In this document: one piece after another, positions 44,601-54,003 of the stretch
Numbering within the stretch: the first letter of the stretch is position 1
How the letters are laid out: each line of letters begins with the position of its first letter
Virus record (IMG/VR): IMGVR_UViG_3300030010_000003
Strand: one strand, 5' to 3'
DNA length: 64,000 bases
Source: an uncultured virus (IMG/VR IMGVR_UViG_3300030010_000003)
Taxonomy: Duplodnaviria; Heunggongvirae; Uroviricota; Caudoviricetes
The notes under the pieces: model-generated
Database searches by the model: none
What the model saw: the letters and a program-made list of their open reading frames with translations, nothing else
Told to the model about the DNA's origin: nothing
Program-made: the position numbers and the translations under genes

Positions 44601-47600
44601 CCTGCAACGGCGATCCGCGCATGGCCATGACCCGCTTCAGGATCTTGTCCGGGGTGCTGTCCCGGGGCGAGAGGCCGAGCTGGCGAGCCAGTGCCTTCTC
44701 CTGATTGGAGGTCAGCATGTTGGAGATGATCGAGCGGGCAACCTTGAGGTCGGCCAGCGTCACGTCCATCTGCTCCGGGCCCATGTTGACCCGCTCGGCG
44801 CTCGGGGAGACGCCGTTGACGTAGCGCCCGACCGTGACCCGCTGGTGGAAGTCAGCCATGGTCACGTTGTCGGGGATGATGACTGCGCCCGGCTCGGTGT
44901 ACTCGAACCCGAGCTTCTCGGCGGCGAAGCGGATCATGGCGGGCTTGTGCCGCGCTGGGACGAGGATCCTGCCGTCCGGGCCGTAGGTGCTGTACTTCTT
45001 GATCGCCAGCTCGGAGAGGTGGTTGCGTACCTCCTGCGAACGGAAGATCGAGCCCGGGGGCAGCAGGTCGACGTTGTAGTACGAGGACTGCATCGAGCGG
45101 GAGTAGACCTGCGCGTTGATGAAGTCCCACAGGTCCTTCTGGGAGACCTTGGGGCCGCCCTCGTACAGATCGATGTTGGGGGTAGTGTCCCAGTTGGTGT
45201 CGATCATGTCGTGCGGGCGGGAGCCGGGCAGGTTGGTGATGTCCCCGAAGTGCAGACGACCGTCGTTGATGGCTGAGAAGATGGCGGCGTTGTTCTCGCC
45301 GAAGGAGTTGTAGCCCGCGCCACGGCGTCCCACGAGGAACATGAAGCCGGAGTTGTCCTGCGTGTCGTCAGTGCGGGTCAGGACGACCGGCAGGGACCGG
45401 CCACCGTTCTTGGACGACTTCACGTAGATGGTGACCTGCTGGCCGGGGCGCATCTCCCGGAGGTGGGCGTACTCCTGAATCTTGTCGCCGGGGACGTAGT
45501 CGCTGACGTTCTCGATGTGGCGCTCGGGCACCGTCGGTACGGGGTCGCCTTCGACGTGCTGCTTGCCGACGGTCACCTTCCCGTTGACGAGGGCAGGCTT
45601 CAGGACGCTGTTGGGGACGACCGTGTGATCGTCGTTGTTCATGACCTGCTCGTCAGGCATGACCGTGTAGGTGTGGTCGGTGCCGTCATCCCCAGCGAGG
45701 TGGATCTCGGTGCCGGGCTCCTGTGCGTTCACATCGTCGATGCGCGCGAGCCGGTCGCCCTCGTTCCAGCTGTCCTTCGAGGGGGTGCCCGAGATGTCCT
45801 GATTGGGGACGTGCCACGCGGGCTGGTCACCGTTCTCGATGTAGTGCCCGACGTTGTCTTCCGACATCGGGATCCGCAGGCCGTTGAGGTCGGCCTCGTA
45901 GGTGCCGTCGGACCTGCGCTCGATGGAGACTTCCCCATCACCGAGCACGATGGCGTCACCCTGCGGGACGTCCGCGAGGTCGTTGGTGGTGGCCAGCTGG
46001 ACGGTGGCTCCGACGGGCTTCTGATCCGGGTCCGGGCCGTTGCGGACGACGACCGAGTCATCCCCGGCGACGTCGCTGGGCAGGTAGAAGTCCTGCGTGA
46101 CCTTGCCGATGGGGGTGTCGTAGGTGCCATCGGCGTTCTTCTTGCCGACGATCCCGGTGCCGTCCTGTGCGACGGAGCCGACCGCAGCCTGCTCGACCCA
46201 CGGGGCGTTGACCTTGTCGCCGGGCTTGGACGTCGGGTGTGCGTTCTGGTTGTTCCTGTTTCCAGAAAAAGCGTAGAAGTCCGTGGTCCCGTACAGCGGG
46301 TGCGGCTCCATCAGGTCGGCGAACTCCGTGGGGGACATGGAGATCTCGGTGTGGTCACCGTCGTCGGAGAGCAGGTGGATCTGGCCGTCGGCCTCCATGC
46401 CCCACAGGCCACCGCTGTACCGGTTCTTGGTGAGGAACTTGTCGCCCACCCGGGCGTTCAGGACGTCCTTGCGGTTGGTGACCGGGGTGGAGAACTTGCC
46501 CTCCCCGGCAGTGATGCCCTGCGCGCGCATGTCGGCGGCGCTGAGCCTGCGGTCGCCGAAGGCCTCGGTCGACATCGTGGGGGCTGGCTGGGGCTCGGCG
46601 GGAGCGTCCGGCTTGAGAGGGAGCTTGTCCTGCTTCGGGCTCTTCTTCTCTCCGTCGATGCCGTTGGCTGCGACGTCGGCAGTGATCGCCTTGTCCCGGT
46701 TGGCGTCCGGAACGGCGTTGTGCCCGATCTTGCCGTCGGAGCGACCCTTCGGTTCGGAAGCCGGGGAAGCTGCCTCCGCGCCGTTGAGCTTCGACTTGGC
46801 CTTGTCCAGCTCCTTGGCTGTCGCGCGCTTGTCCTTCTCAGCGGTGATTGCGGCGTGCCGGTCGGCCAGCTCCTTGTTGGTCGGGTGGATGTCCTTGGCC
46901 GCGCTGAGGTCCTCGTGGACGGCCTTCAGGTGGTTGTCGTCCATCGTGGCCGGGTCCTGCGGCGGAGCATCCTTCGGGGCGACCTCCCGGCGCTTCCGGG
47001 TGGGTACCGGCTTCGGGGGGATGGCACGCCGGGGGCCGGGGTCTGGGGCTGCGTCCGGCGTGCCATCGGGGGAAGTCTTGGTCTTGTCCTTGGAGTTCTT
47101 GTCGGGCAGGGCGAGCCGCTGCGGGCCGTTCCCGGCGCGCATCTGGGTGGCCAGCTCCTTGTACTGCTTGGCCTGCTCCGGGTCGGTGGACTCCGCCGAC
47201 ATCTTGTCGAGGCGGGAGGCCATCTCCTCCAGATTGACGTCCGGCGCGGGGGTGCCGTCCGGGCCCGGGGCACCGGCAGGAACGTTGACGTCCGCACTGT
47301 TGGCGGTGGGGTCAGTCGGGTCGACGCCGAGGGTCTCCATGGTGAAGTCGGGGTCGTTGGCCTGCATGTTGTCGAGACGCTCGTTGAGCTGGTTCTCGGT
47401 GTTGCGGTCCCGCAGGTCCAGCGCGCGGCCCTTGGGGGTGAGCAGGTAGAGGTTGTGGTCGGGGGTGCGCGCGATGGCCACGGACTTGTCGCCGTTGAGC
47501 CGGAACACCTTGGACCCGGCAGGCAGCCGGTGCGGGTGTTCCCCCACCATGACGGTGTGGTCGCCTTCCAGCTTCGTGAACTGGGCGGTCTTGACGTCGA

Positions 47601-47961
47601 GGTCGGGGGAGTCGGCGATGACCTGCTTGATCTCTTCAGCGGTCTTCTTCGCCCGGGGGGTCTTGGGCGGCTCAGGCTTGTCCGGGGTCTTGGGACCCTT
47701 CGGACCCTTGGGGCCCTTGGGACCGTCTCCACCACCGGAGCCGCCCGCTGCTGCCGCGCGATCCTCGGGGACGGGGGTGTTGGGGAAGCGCTTGTCCGCG
47801 CGAGCGATGGCGTCGAGCGTGATCAGTGCACCAATGGGCAGGCCGTACTTGCGGGAACCCTCGGGGGTCCGGACGTGCCTGTCTCCCTTGCTGAGGAGGA
47901 GCAGGTTGTTGGCCAGCTCGACTACCTCGGGATCACTGATGTTGCTGAGCTGGAGGAGCAC
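41671..47961 (-). CDS. 2096-aa polyvalent (probably virion-packaged) protein with repeated small domains and a C-terminal GNAT-like domain
   Basis: Located between MuF and the protease; repeats [L/I]xxxPxGxx[V/I/F]; C-terminal YRQHGIEEVEVHG..GGHTWIRRGF. Confidence 0.7.
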   Translation of the reverse strand: MLLQLSNISDPEVVELANNLLLLSKGDRHVRTPEGSRKYGLPIGALITLDAIARADKRFPNTPVPEDRAAAAGGSGGGDGPKGPKGPKGPKTPDKPEPPKTPRAKKTAEEIKQVIADSPDLDVKTAQFTKLEGDHTVMVGEHPHRLPAGSKVFRLNGDKSVAIARTPDHNLYLLTPKGRALDLRDRNTENQLNERLDNMQANDPDFTMETLGVDPTDPTANSADVNVPAGAPGPDGTPAPDVNLEEMASRLDKMSAESTDPEQAKQYKELATQMRAGNGPQRLALPDKNSKDKTKTSPDGTPDAAPDPGPRRAIPPKPVPTRKRREVAPKDAPPQDPATMDDNHLKAVHEDLSAAKDIHPTNKELADRHAAITAEKDKRATAKELDKAKSKLNGAEAASPASEPKGRSDGKIGHNAVPDANRDKAITADVAANGIDGEKKSPKQDKLPLKPDAPAEPQPAPTMSTEAFGDRRLSAADMRAQGITAGEGKFSTPVTNRKDVLNARVGDKFLTKNRYSGGLWGMEADGQIHLLSDDGDHTEISMSPTEFADLMEPHPLYGTTDFYAFSGNRNNQNAHPTSKPGDKVNAPWVEQAAVGSVAQDGTGIVGKKNADGTYDTPIGKVTQDFYLPSDVAGDDSVVVRNGPDPDQKPVGATVQLATTNDLADVPQGDAIVLGDGEVSIERRSDGTYEADLNGLRIPMSEDNVGHYIENGDQPAWHVPNQDISGTPSKDSWNEGDRLARIDDVNAQEPGTEIHLAGDDGTDHTYTVMPDEQVMNNDDHTVVPNSVLKPALVNGKVTVGKQHVEGDPVPTVPERHIENVSDYVPGDKIQEYAHLREMRPGQQVTIYVKSSKNGGRSLPVVLTRTDDTQDNSGFMFLVGRRGAGYNSFGENNAAIFSAINDGRLHFGDITNLPGSRPHDMIDTNWDTTPNIDLYEGGPKVSQKDLWDFINAQVYSRSMQSSYYNVDLLPPGSIFRSQEVRNHLSELAIKKYSTYGPDGRILVPARHKPAMIRFAAEKLGFEYTEPGAVIIPDNVTMADFHQRVTVGRYVNGVSPSAERVNMGPEQMDVTLADLKVARSIISNMLTSNQEKALARQLGLSPRDSTPDKILKRVMAMRGSPLQDMNVSLGVAAYFGMKRDRDGIRQGNITAARQHDKTRNKKLFLQMIQEQAEGRPPGYYGIPEEESWQREDAHGIASGPVFRNHSVLQRPALNSDNDPTAKPRWDTPQGSADAPAAPTTPDIPEIPATPAAPEAPAARDLTGWAPSNLSASEHNGRARFTITSLALIDRARDRQVRVTYDNPDSGDASSDRTLRYSSGGRMFVDINTGDAFDQSEVASWATLHGYEFYLPDGNAPATPDTTPAPEAAAPNAPAAATPPPPDYNFDTGQITPAPEPSQTNGSVEPADRGGADTPREPATPIDVPSLVNQPIGTRVRVNGSVGIDDRFMMATIDRDVHGNRVIRMASGREWPLTEERMNTAVGGGNTFEVVHGMNGTDSVSVDEMLNAPLGSVFEYKYPNGQIVRLTVTSDGLELTDGTIWTRSRRGIFSLASTGSFHRDPMPAAPATPDVPDVPEAGLTRATTAEQLINLPEGAHVRVTNRSGDTFDTAAGFNEFGDPTLRTESGGGFHRSESFFSSYMSSGYTFDINDATAAPSDPRFTPGGTFNGTDIREAPVGSHIRGSSGTEWVVTGSGISDISGSTNWPFSTVASHNATFTYMGDHAPVTRSSVGSGVGMTRGSSVDARNLLQVPDDHWVQWGTGGYWRRRGSVLVSRSGGSVRRIRNIDRSTAFTYAGESLNGATPARAPRGVTIDRPSAGSWTPVSAEVINRYDAPKPELSSVGFDETNTTPMQDYLYTAEGEADLKAGIEHALREAGVTRFSVSVSGTSYGFNISYTTPKGTTRLNRSFRSNGTRVENGEAHSDGGYMAETQDHLFAFYRQHGIEEVEVHGLSGSGWNGGHTWIRRGFRPDPNHESQNQQAFAGHLQNLDRVIAEINSGALPHYNEFLEQAKDLRTRMAKLMSDWLRLPESQRNGSLYELQRELSYLGEVRDANGKTRQHPPSIGWRLLGNTSRGATHHGFWYYGIHDLNHYFTNGRSTRA

Positions 47962-47989
47962 TATTGTCCTGCCGTCCGTTCTGAGTAGT

Positions 47990-48226
47990 TCACCCGTCGC
48001 TTCGGGTACAGCCCTTGATGCTTTCGATGCTCTGTAGAAGATCGGCCACGTCCCCTTCGAGCACCAATCCGGACCTCAGAATGGACGCCGGGGAGAGCCC
48101 GGTGAAGCGGTACTCACGCTCAGATGTGGCGGCGTCAACCAGTACAGCGATCAGTCCCCGGGTGGCTCCCAACAGGCTGTCGAAGTGGAACCGGACGGTC
48201 TCGTGGGCGATGGTCTGCTCAGTCAC
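47990..48226 (-). CDS. Hypothetical protein
   Basis: GAGGAG RBS; overlaps the MuF stop. Confidence 0.5.
   Translation of the reverse strand: MTEQTIAHETVRFHFDSLLGATRGLIAVLVDAATSEREYRFTGLSPASILRSGLVLEGDVADLLQSIESIKGCTRSDG
48037..48047 (-). promoter_or_regulatory. Late-class promoter motif GGCCGATCTTC
   Basis: Exact copy about 75 nt upstream of the giant gene. Confidence 0.65.
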
Positions 48227-49034
48227 TGGATTCGCTCCTCAGAAAGCGTTCGAGCTTGCGGAGCCACTTCATGATGCTGGCGAGGAAGCCGGGGCGGAGC
48301 TTCTTGACGGCGGAGGCGGACATCGTCTGGGGCTCAGAAACATCTCCGGTGACCTCCCCGTCCTCCTCCAGATAGTTCTCCAGCCCGACGATCACGATGA
48401 CCAGATGGCACAGGCAGCGGGGGTGTCGGGGCGGACCCTTGAGGTCGCCGTAGACCTTCATCCGGTTGTCTGCCGGGTACTCGGCCTCCAGTGCCACCTC
48501 GGTGTCGTGCAGGTCGGCGCACAGCTCGCAGGGGACGTGGTCGATGAAGTTGGCCTGCCACAACTTGCGGACGATGAAGCCGCCGCTGGAGGACAGCTCC
48601 TTGGCACTGCGGAGCAGGGCGTCTGTCTGGCCCCGGGCTGCGGCCACACCAGCGCTGTGACTGATTCTGGAAACAACCCGCACCAGATCCTCGGGCTTGC
48701 CGGGACTGGCCTTGTAGTCGCGGAGGTTCCGCTGGACGTCAGCCACGAGCCCGTCGAGGTAGGAGGACTTGATCACGTTCTTCGGGAGCCAGCGGGGCTT
48801 CCAGCGGGGGATCCCGGCCTGTTCAGCGATGTGGGCAAGGCCGACGGTGGCAGCGGAGCGGTAGGCGTCCCTGACGACGGCCTCCAGCGCCCAGCGGACG
48901 GAGGCTGCGGTGTAGTCGCCCTTGGCCCACGCCTCGAAGATCACCATGATCCGCTGCCGGGAGGAAGCCTCCAGAGCCCGGACGGCGAGGTTGGTCCGTC
49001 GGGCCGACTCGATCTGGTCTCCGAAGCTGGGCAC
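48219..49034 (-). CDS. MuF-like minor head protein
   Basis: RKLW..CELCADLH..GPPRHPRCLC. Confidence 0.82.
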   Translation of the reverse strand: MPSFGDQIESARRTNLAVRALEASSRQRIMVIFEAWAKGDYTAASVRWALEAVVRDAYRSAATVGLAHIAEQAGIPRWKPRWLPKNVIKSSYLDGLVADVQRNLRDYKASPGKPEDLVRVVSRISHSAGVAAARGQTDALLRSAKELSSSGGFIVRKLWQANFIDHVPCELCADLHDTEVALEAEYPADNRMKVYGDLKGPPRHPRCLCHLVIVIVGLENYLEEDGEVTGDVSEPQTMSASAVKKLRPGFLASIMKWLRKLERFLRSESSD

Positions 49035-49037
49035 CGA

Positions 49038-49469
49038 TCAGGCCGTGGGAGCTGCTGCGGCCTCAGGGGCAGCGGGTGCCTCAGCGGGAGCGGCGGGGGT
49101 GGGAGCATCGGCCTGCCCGGGGGTCTTCTGTCCCAGCGCCTTGTCGGCCCGGCCACGGGAGGCCACGAGGTCGTCGATCACGTCGGTGAGCTGTCCGGTG
49201 TTGGCGGCGTACTCCTTCACGGCGGTGGTGAAGACCTCCTGCACGTTGCGCATCTCGTTGATGTTGCCGGTCTCCTTGGCGATCTCGAACTGGCGCTGGA
49301 GGCTGACCAGACGGGTCATGGTCATCGCCCGGGTGGAGGCCTGCGTGTTCGGGTCGAAACGGTTCCCGATCTCGGTGCCGATGGGAACCCCGAAGAAGCG
49401 GGCTCCCTCAGTCGTGCGGACCTTCCGGCCTGATGCCGAACCTGCGGCGGTTGCGAGGGCCATGCTCAT
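49038..49469 (-). CDS. Small head-region protein with RxVRTxEGxRxxGxPIG motif
   Basis: Motif shared with the N-terminus of the 2096-aa protein. Confidence 0.7.
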   Translation of the reverse strand: MSMALATAAGSASGRKVRTTEGARFFGVPIGTEIGNRFDPNTQASTRAMTMTRLVSLQRQFEIAKETGNINEMRNVQEVFTTAVKEYAANTGQLTDVIDDLVASRGRADKALGQKTPGQADAPTPAAPAEAPAAPEAAAAPTA

Positions 49470-51349
49470 ACTCCTTCAGAGGCGTTGCTGAGGGCCAACA
49501 TGCGGTCGGCCCAATCCATCATGTCGTCCGAGATGCCGGAGAGTGCGACCTGACCGGGCTTGGGGGCCTTGACCACCGTCGGCGGCTTGCCGAACTTGCC
49601 GGGCTTGAGAGCCTTGGGCTTCTTGGCCTTGGGGGGCTGTCCGGGGACAGCAGGAGCTGCGGGCTGGCCCGGCACGGCGGGCGCTGCGACAGGCTGGGCC
49701 GGAACGAGCGGCTGGCCTGCTGTGGGTGCGGTCTGGCTGGCCTGCTGCTCCTCCGAGGACGGAAGGCCACGCGAGTCGGCGATCTTGTCCGCCTGATCGG
49801 CCATGTACCCGATGACATCCCCGAGGGAGTTCATCGACGCCAGCTCCTCATCGGACATCTCCAGCGCGGGGTCAGGAGGCAGAGGCTGCCCGTCCGGCCC
49901 GAGAGGGCCTGCTGTGGGGTCTCCGGGGACTCCCCCGGCACCCAGAGCTGGGTCCGCTCCCGGCACGCCTCCGGGGGCGAACTGGGCGGCAGCTGCGGCC
50001 TTCTCCTCGGCCTCGCGTGCTTCGACCTTCTCCCAGTCGATCTCCAGCCCCATGTCCTTGGCCTGCGTCTTCTCCAGCTCCCGCATGAACTCCTCGGAGA
50101 CGTTGGCGCTCTGGCCTGCGGTGGCGAGCTTGTCGAAGGTGGCTGCGATGGCCGCGCGCTGCTCGTCGGTGAAGGTGCCCCACGTGAAGGTCGGGTACTT
50201 GCCACCGTCGAAGTTGTAGTCGATCAGCTGGGGGATGATGTAGTGGTTGATCTGGTTGGCGACGTCGTCCATGATCGCCCGCAGCATCAGGATGAACATG
50301 TCATCCCCGGGCTTGGCGAAGTTCACCAGCGCACCGGACTCACCGGAGCCCCCACCCGTGTCCGCGTCGAAGAAGGCCGCGAGGACGGACTCGCTCATCA
50401 TGTGGTTGTGGTGGTTGATGAGGTTCAGGAAGTCGAAGGTTCCGCCCTCCTTCAGCACCTCGACCTTGAAGCCCTCGGGCATCATCATCCACTGGGCCAG
50501 CGCGAGGCTGCTCAGGTTCCGGGCGAACTCGGTCTTGGCGTTCTGGGAGGCGTTCGGGGGGACAGTGCCGATCCGGGTGCCTACGGCTGCCCGCTGGGCT
50601 GCGAGGTGGGCAGTGAAGTAGGCCTTGGCCTTGGCGTCGTAGTGCGGGAACGCGGACTCGAAGAAGGAGACGCCGTAGAACTTGCGCTCGTCCTCCTGCG
50701 CGGCGTAGTAGAACGCGTACTCGGGCTCGATGAAGACGTCGGTGACCTTGCCCCCGGTGACGGCGCGCTGACGGAGCCCGGCGAAGCCTCCTGTCTTGTC
50801 CGAGACGAAGGTCATGGTGTCGGAGGGACGGTAGGCCAGCTTCTGGAGGGTGACCTTGCCCTTGAGTGGGCCCTTGGTGGGGATCCAGAACACTTTCTCG
50901 AAACAAGCGAAGCCCTCGAACAGGGCTCCGAGCATCTGGCCGATGAAGCGCTGGAAGGTGGTGGTCATGCCACCGTTGGCCGGGGCCGTCCGGAAGACGT
51001 TCTCCATGAACTTGCCTTCGGCCTCTCCGCCGTCAGCAGGCTTGAAGGTGGCCGACACCAGCGAGGCGCGGATCGGCAGCGTCAGGAGGCGGTACAGGGC
51101 CCGTGCGTGGCCGTCGAGGCGGCGCATGGTGACCAGCTGGCGGGTGGTGGGGCGCTGGACGTCGTACTCGTCCTTGAGCACCTCGTTGAGGTCCTCGGTG
51201 GGGGTCTTCTTCAGGCCCATGCCGACGGGGTTGAACGGGGTGGTGTACGCCAAGGAGGAGTCCACACCCTGCTCGAAGCCCAGTGCAGGGATCTCCGAGG
51301 TCTGGTCGGAGGGCTTCTTGGTCTTGTCCTCAACAGCGGTACTAGACAC
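49466..51349 (-). CDS. Portal protein (Mu gp29/DUF935-like)
   Basis: Follows the terminase; GFACFEKVF, YGVSFFESAF, IPQLIDYNF. Confidence 0.88.
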   Translation of the reverse strand: MSSTAVEDKTKKPSDQTSEIPALGFEQGVDSSLAYTTPFNPVGMGLKKTPTEDLNEVLKDEYDVQRPTTRQLVTMRRLDGHARALYRLLTLPIRASLVSATFKPADGGEAEGKFMENVFRTAPANGGMTTTFQRFIGQMLGALFEGFACFEKVFWIPTKGPLKGKVTLQKLAYRPSDTMTFVSDKTGGFAGLRQRAVTGGKVTDVFIEPEYAFYYAAQEDERKFYGVSFFESAFPHYDAKAKAYFTAHLAAQRAAVGTRIGTVPPNASQNAKTEFARNLSSLALAQWMMMPEGFKVEVLKEGGTFDFLNLINHHNHMMSESVLAAFFDADTGGGSGESGALVNFAKPGDDMFILMLRAIMDDVANQINHYIIPQLIDYNFDGGKYPTFTWGTFTDEQRAAIAATFDKLATAGQSANVSEEFMRELEKTQAKDMGLEIDWEKVEAREAEEKAAAAAQFAPGGVPGADPALGAGGVPGDPTAGPLGPDGQPLPPDPALEMSDEELASMNSLGDVIGYMADQADKIADSRGLPSSEEQQASQTAPTAGQPLVPAQPVAAPAVPGQPAAPAVPGQPPKAKKPKALKPGKFGKPPTVVKAPKPGQVALSGISDDMMDWADRMLALSNASEGV

Positions 51350-53228
51350 CGATGCTCATCCCCTTCATGCCGAATGGAAGCTCGAAGGCTCCCTGTCCAT
51401 ACTCCAGTGGAGCCAGCTGCTCCCCGATCATGAAGAGAGAGCCGCCTGAGTCGATGGCCTCGCCGTCGGGGGTTTCCTCGCCGCCTATACCGATTGCTCC
51501 CACGATAGAGCACACGAAGGCGTCTGCTTCGTCTTTCGACCCGTTCATGGGGTGGTCAACCTTGCCATTAACTCGGGACAGGCCCTCCAGCTCGTTCTGG
51601 AGGCGCTGACTGAACGGCATCTTGAGCCGACTGTCGCTGGCAACGTCCTTCAGGGTCTTCCAGAGATCAGGCTTCAGGTCGGTGGAAACCCGCTCCGAGA
51701 GGATGCCGTGGGAGGTCAGGATCTGGATCGTGTCGACGCTCTGGAAGCCGTCGAAGGTGAAGGACCCGATCCAGAAGCCGCGCTTGATCAGCTCGAAGCA
51801 GAGCTTGCGGGCCCAGCGGATCTGGATCTCCCGGGGGAGGACCTCCTTCTCGCCCCGCTCGTAGTCGATGGCGGCGATGTCGGCGGAGAAGTTGATGGTG
51901 AAGTCGTTGCGGACGTGGGGAGCCGTGGTCGTGTAGGAGGAGACGTAGCCGGTCTCGTCCTCCATGGTCTCGGTCTGATCAACCCACTTCTCGACGTGGC
52001 TCATGGCGATCCCGGCCCTGTCGCCCTTGACCGCGAGGTCACCGTGCATGGCGTAGCGGGCCCCTGCGACGGGACGGAAGTCGGCGGCGAAGGTGAAGAC
52101 CGGCTCCCAGCCACGCACGGTCTGGCCTGTGGCCTTGCTGGTGGTTTCGACAACCTTGTAGTCGACCTGAATGGGCTGGTCCGGGCGGTCGACGGCCTGC
52201 CGGAAGATGGCCGGGTTGCGGAAGTAGGAGTCGGTGGCGCGGAAGGGGCGACACTCGTACTTGGCCGCTGCCTCTTCGGGGTCCTTGCGGTAGTCCGAAG
52301 CGAAGGCGTCCTTTCCAGAAATACGGGGGTTGACGTCCCACGTGGCGTACGGGCCGGAGGCGAAGTAGATCGACTGCTCGAAGCCGACGTCGAGGATGTC
52401 CTGCTCTGCCTCTGCGATCAGCTGCTGGATCGTGGAGCCGAGGTAGCGGGGGTAGGAGATCGCCGCCCGCTTGTAGCTCTCGGGGAAACGGGTGGAGGCG
52501 GAGGTCTTGAGCATCTTCAGGATCGACTCAGCGGAGGTGCTTGCCTCCCGGGCCCTGTTGCCCTGACCGATCATCTCGCCCGCAGCCTTGAAGGCATCGA
52601 TCTCGTCGGCGATGCCGAGGATGATGTTCAGGCCTTCCTGCGACTCCGCGTCGGAGTGGCCGGAAATGGCGGTGATGTTCTTGGCGTACTCGATGGTGTC
52701 GCGCTTGGGCTCGGCCTTGTCCTTGAACCAGCCCCGCTTGACCATCCGGGTCAGCGGCTCGAAGAACGCGCGGTTGGCCTGCGCGGAGTTGGCCGCGATG
52801 TTCAGGATGTGGATCGAGTCGTCCTCAGGCATGTTGAAGTAGCGCTGGGGGGACCGCAGGCACATCAGCAGGTAGGCGACCCGCATGGCCGCGACGCGCA
52901 CGGTGGAGTCCTTGCCGCCACCCTTGCCCCACTCAGCGGCGATCAGGTTCTTCATTGGGTAGGGCTTGGCCCAGTAGCCGCCGAACCAGTCGCCCATGTC
53001 GATGAAGGTCTTCTGGAGGTAGACCCGCTCGATCACCCGGACCAGCTCGTACTGGATGTCGGAGAGCATCCACTCCGCGCCGAGGTACCCCTTGTCCTGC
53101 ACGAAGACCTGAAGGGGTACCGGCTCCTCAGCGAAGATCTCCTCCGCCGCCGAGCGTGCGTGGTATCCCGGGTCGATGTCGAAGCGGGACGCCGCGCCAG
53201 CTGAGGTGGGTGTCCACAAGACGGTCAC
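51342..53228 (-). CDS. Terminase large subunit
   Basis: Walker A GKGGGKD, Walker B GIADEID, nuclease HGDLA, FDGFQS, DHP..GSKDEADA. Confidence 0.92.
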   Translation of the reverse strand: MTVLWTPTSAGAASRFDIDPGYHARSAAEEIFAEEPVPLQVFVQDKGYLGAEWMLSDIQYELVRVIERVYLQKTFIDMGDWFGGYWAKPYPMKNLIAAEWGKGGGKDSTVRVAAMRVAYLLMCLRSPQRYFNMPEDDSIHILNIAANSAQANRAFFEPLTRMVKRGWFKDKAEPKRDTIEYAKNITAISGHSDAESQEGLNIILGIADEIDAFKAAGEMIGQGNRAREASTSAESILKMLKTSASTRFPESYKRAAISYPRYLGSTIQQLIAEAEQDILDVGFEQSIYFASGPYATWDVNPRISGKDAFASDYRKDPEEAAAKYECRPFRATDSYFRNPAIFRQAVDRPDQPIQVDYKVVETTSKATGQTVRGWEPVFTFAADFRPVAGARYAMHGDLAVKGDRAGIAMSHVEKWVDQTETMEDETGYVSSYTTTAPHVRNDFTINFSADIAAIDYERGEKEVLPREIQIRWARKLCFELIKRGFWIGSFTFDGFQSVDTIQILTSHGILSERVSTDLKPDLWKTLKDVASDSRLKMPFSQRLQNELEGLSRVNGKVDHPMNGSKDEADAFVCSIVGAIGIGGEETPDGEAIDSGGSLFMIGEQLAPLEYGQGAFELPFGMKGMSIGV

Positions 53229-53231
53229 GGG

Positions 53232-53993
53232 CTACCCCCGCTGCGCGATCTTCTGGATCTTCGCGAGGAAGCTGGGGTCGCTGTTCTTCATGTTGATGAC
53301 GTCTTCGAGGAGGTCCTCTTCGGCCTCGGTGAGCTTGTCCTCTTCGGGGGCATCCACCCACTCCTGCTTGACCTCGGTCGGGTCGCCGAACTCCACGTCG
53401 GTGCCCTCGACGGTGTAGGGGACCTTGTGGAACTCGGAGCCCTCACGGCCCTCGACCTCGACGATGATGTAGTCGGTCCACAGCTCCCGGATCCAGCTGT
53501 ACTCGTGCATCAGGACGGGAGAGTCCATGGAGAACGGCCCATCGCCGTGCTCGGAGCGGTGAGCAGCTTCCTTGGCCTTGCGGATCGCGCGCTCACGGGC
53601 GTTCCACGCGCTGCGGATCATCTCGGTGTTGAAGGAGCCGACGTTGGTCAGCATCAGGTACTCGAAGCCGTCGTGGCGGGAGGCCTTGACGATCTTCTTG
53701 GCCGCGTTCTTGCCCTTCAGCGCTTCCCACTCGGAGACGGCCTTGGCTGCCTTGCCCCGGGTGTCGGCATCGACGTCGCCACCACCAGCTGCCCAAACCT
53801 TGCACCGGGAGACGGCGATGGCAATAGCCTGTCCCTTGGACTTGCCGGACTTCATGACGCCCTTGGCGATGTGGCAGATGTAGTTCGGCAGGCCCCCAGC
53901 CTTCTCCACCCAGTTCTTCTTCGGGGAGCTGTCCAGTGAGCACGGTCCCGCAGCGGCGAGCTTGAGGATCAGGTCGATTTCGTTGCTGTCCAT
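53232..53993 (-). CDS. Hypothetical head-region protein
   Basis: NWVEKAGGLPNYICHIA..AIAIAVSRCKVWA; GAGG RBS. Confidence 0.7.
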   Translation of the reverse strand: MDSNEIDLILKLAAAGPCSLDSSPKKNWVEKAGGLPNYICHIAKGVMKSGKSKGQAIAIAVSRCKVWAAGGGDVDADTRGKAAKAVSEWEALKGKNAAKKIVKASRHDGFEYLMLTNVGSFNTEMIRSAWNARERAIRKAKEAAHRSEHGDGPFSMDSPVLMHEYSWIRELWTDYIIVEVEGREGSEFHKVPYTVEGTDVEFGDPTEVKQEWVDAPEEDKLTEAEEDLLEDVINMKNSDPSFLAKIQKIAQRG

Positions 53994-54003
53994 GGATCCT
54001 CTT

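Noticed and set aside
41668..47988. Long plus-strand ORFs (1202 aa, 841 aa; also 3049-5403, 49433-51433 and others)
   Set aside because: Antisense shadows of high-GC minus-strand genes; no recognisable motifs or RBS
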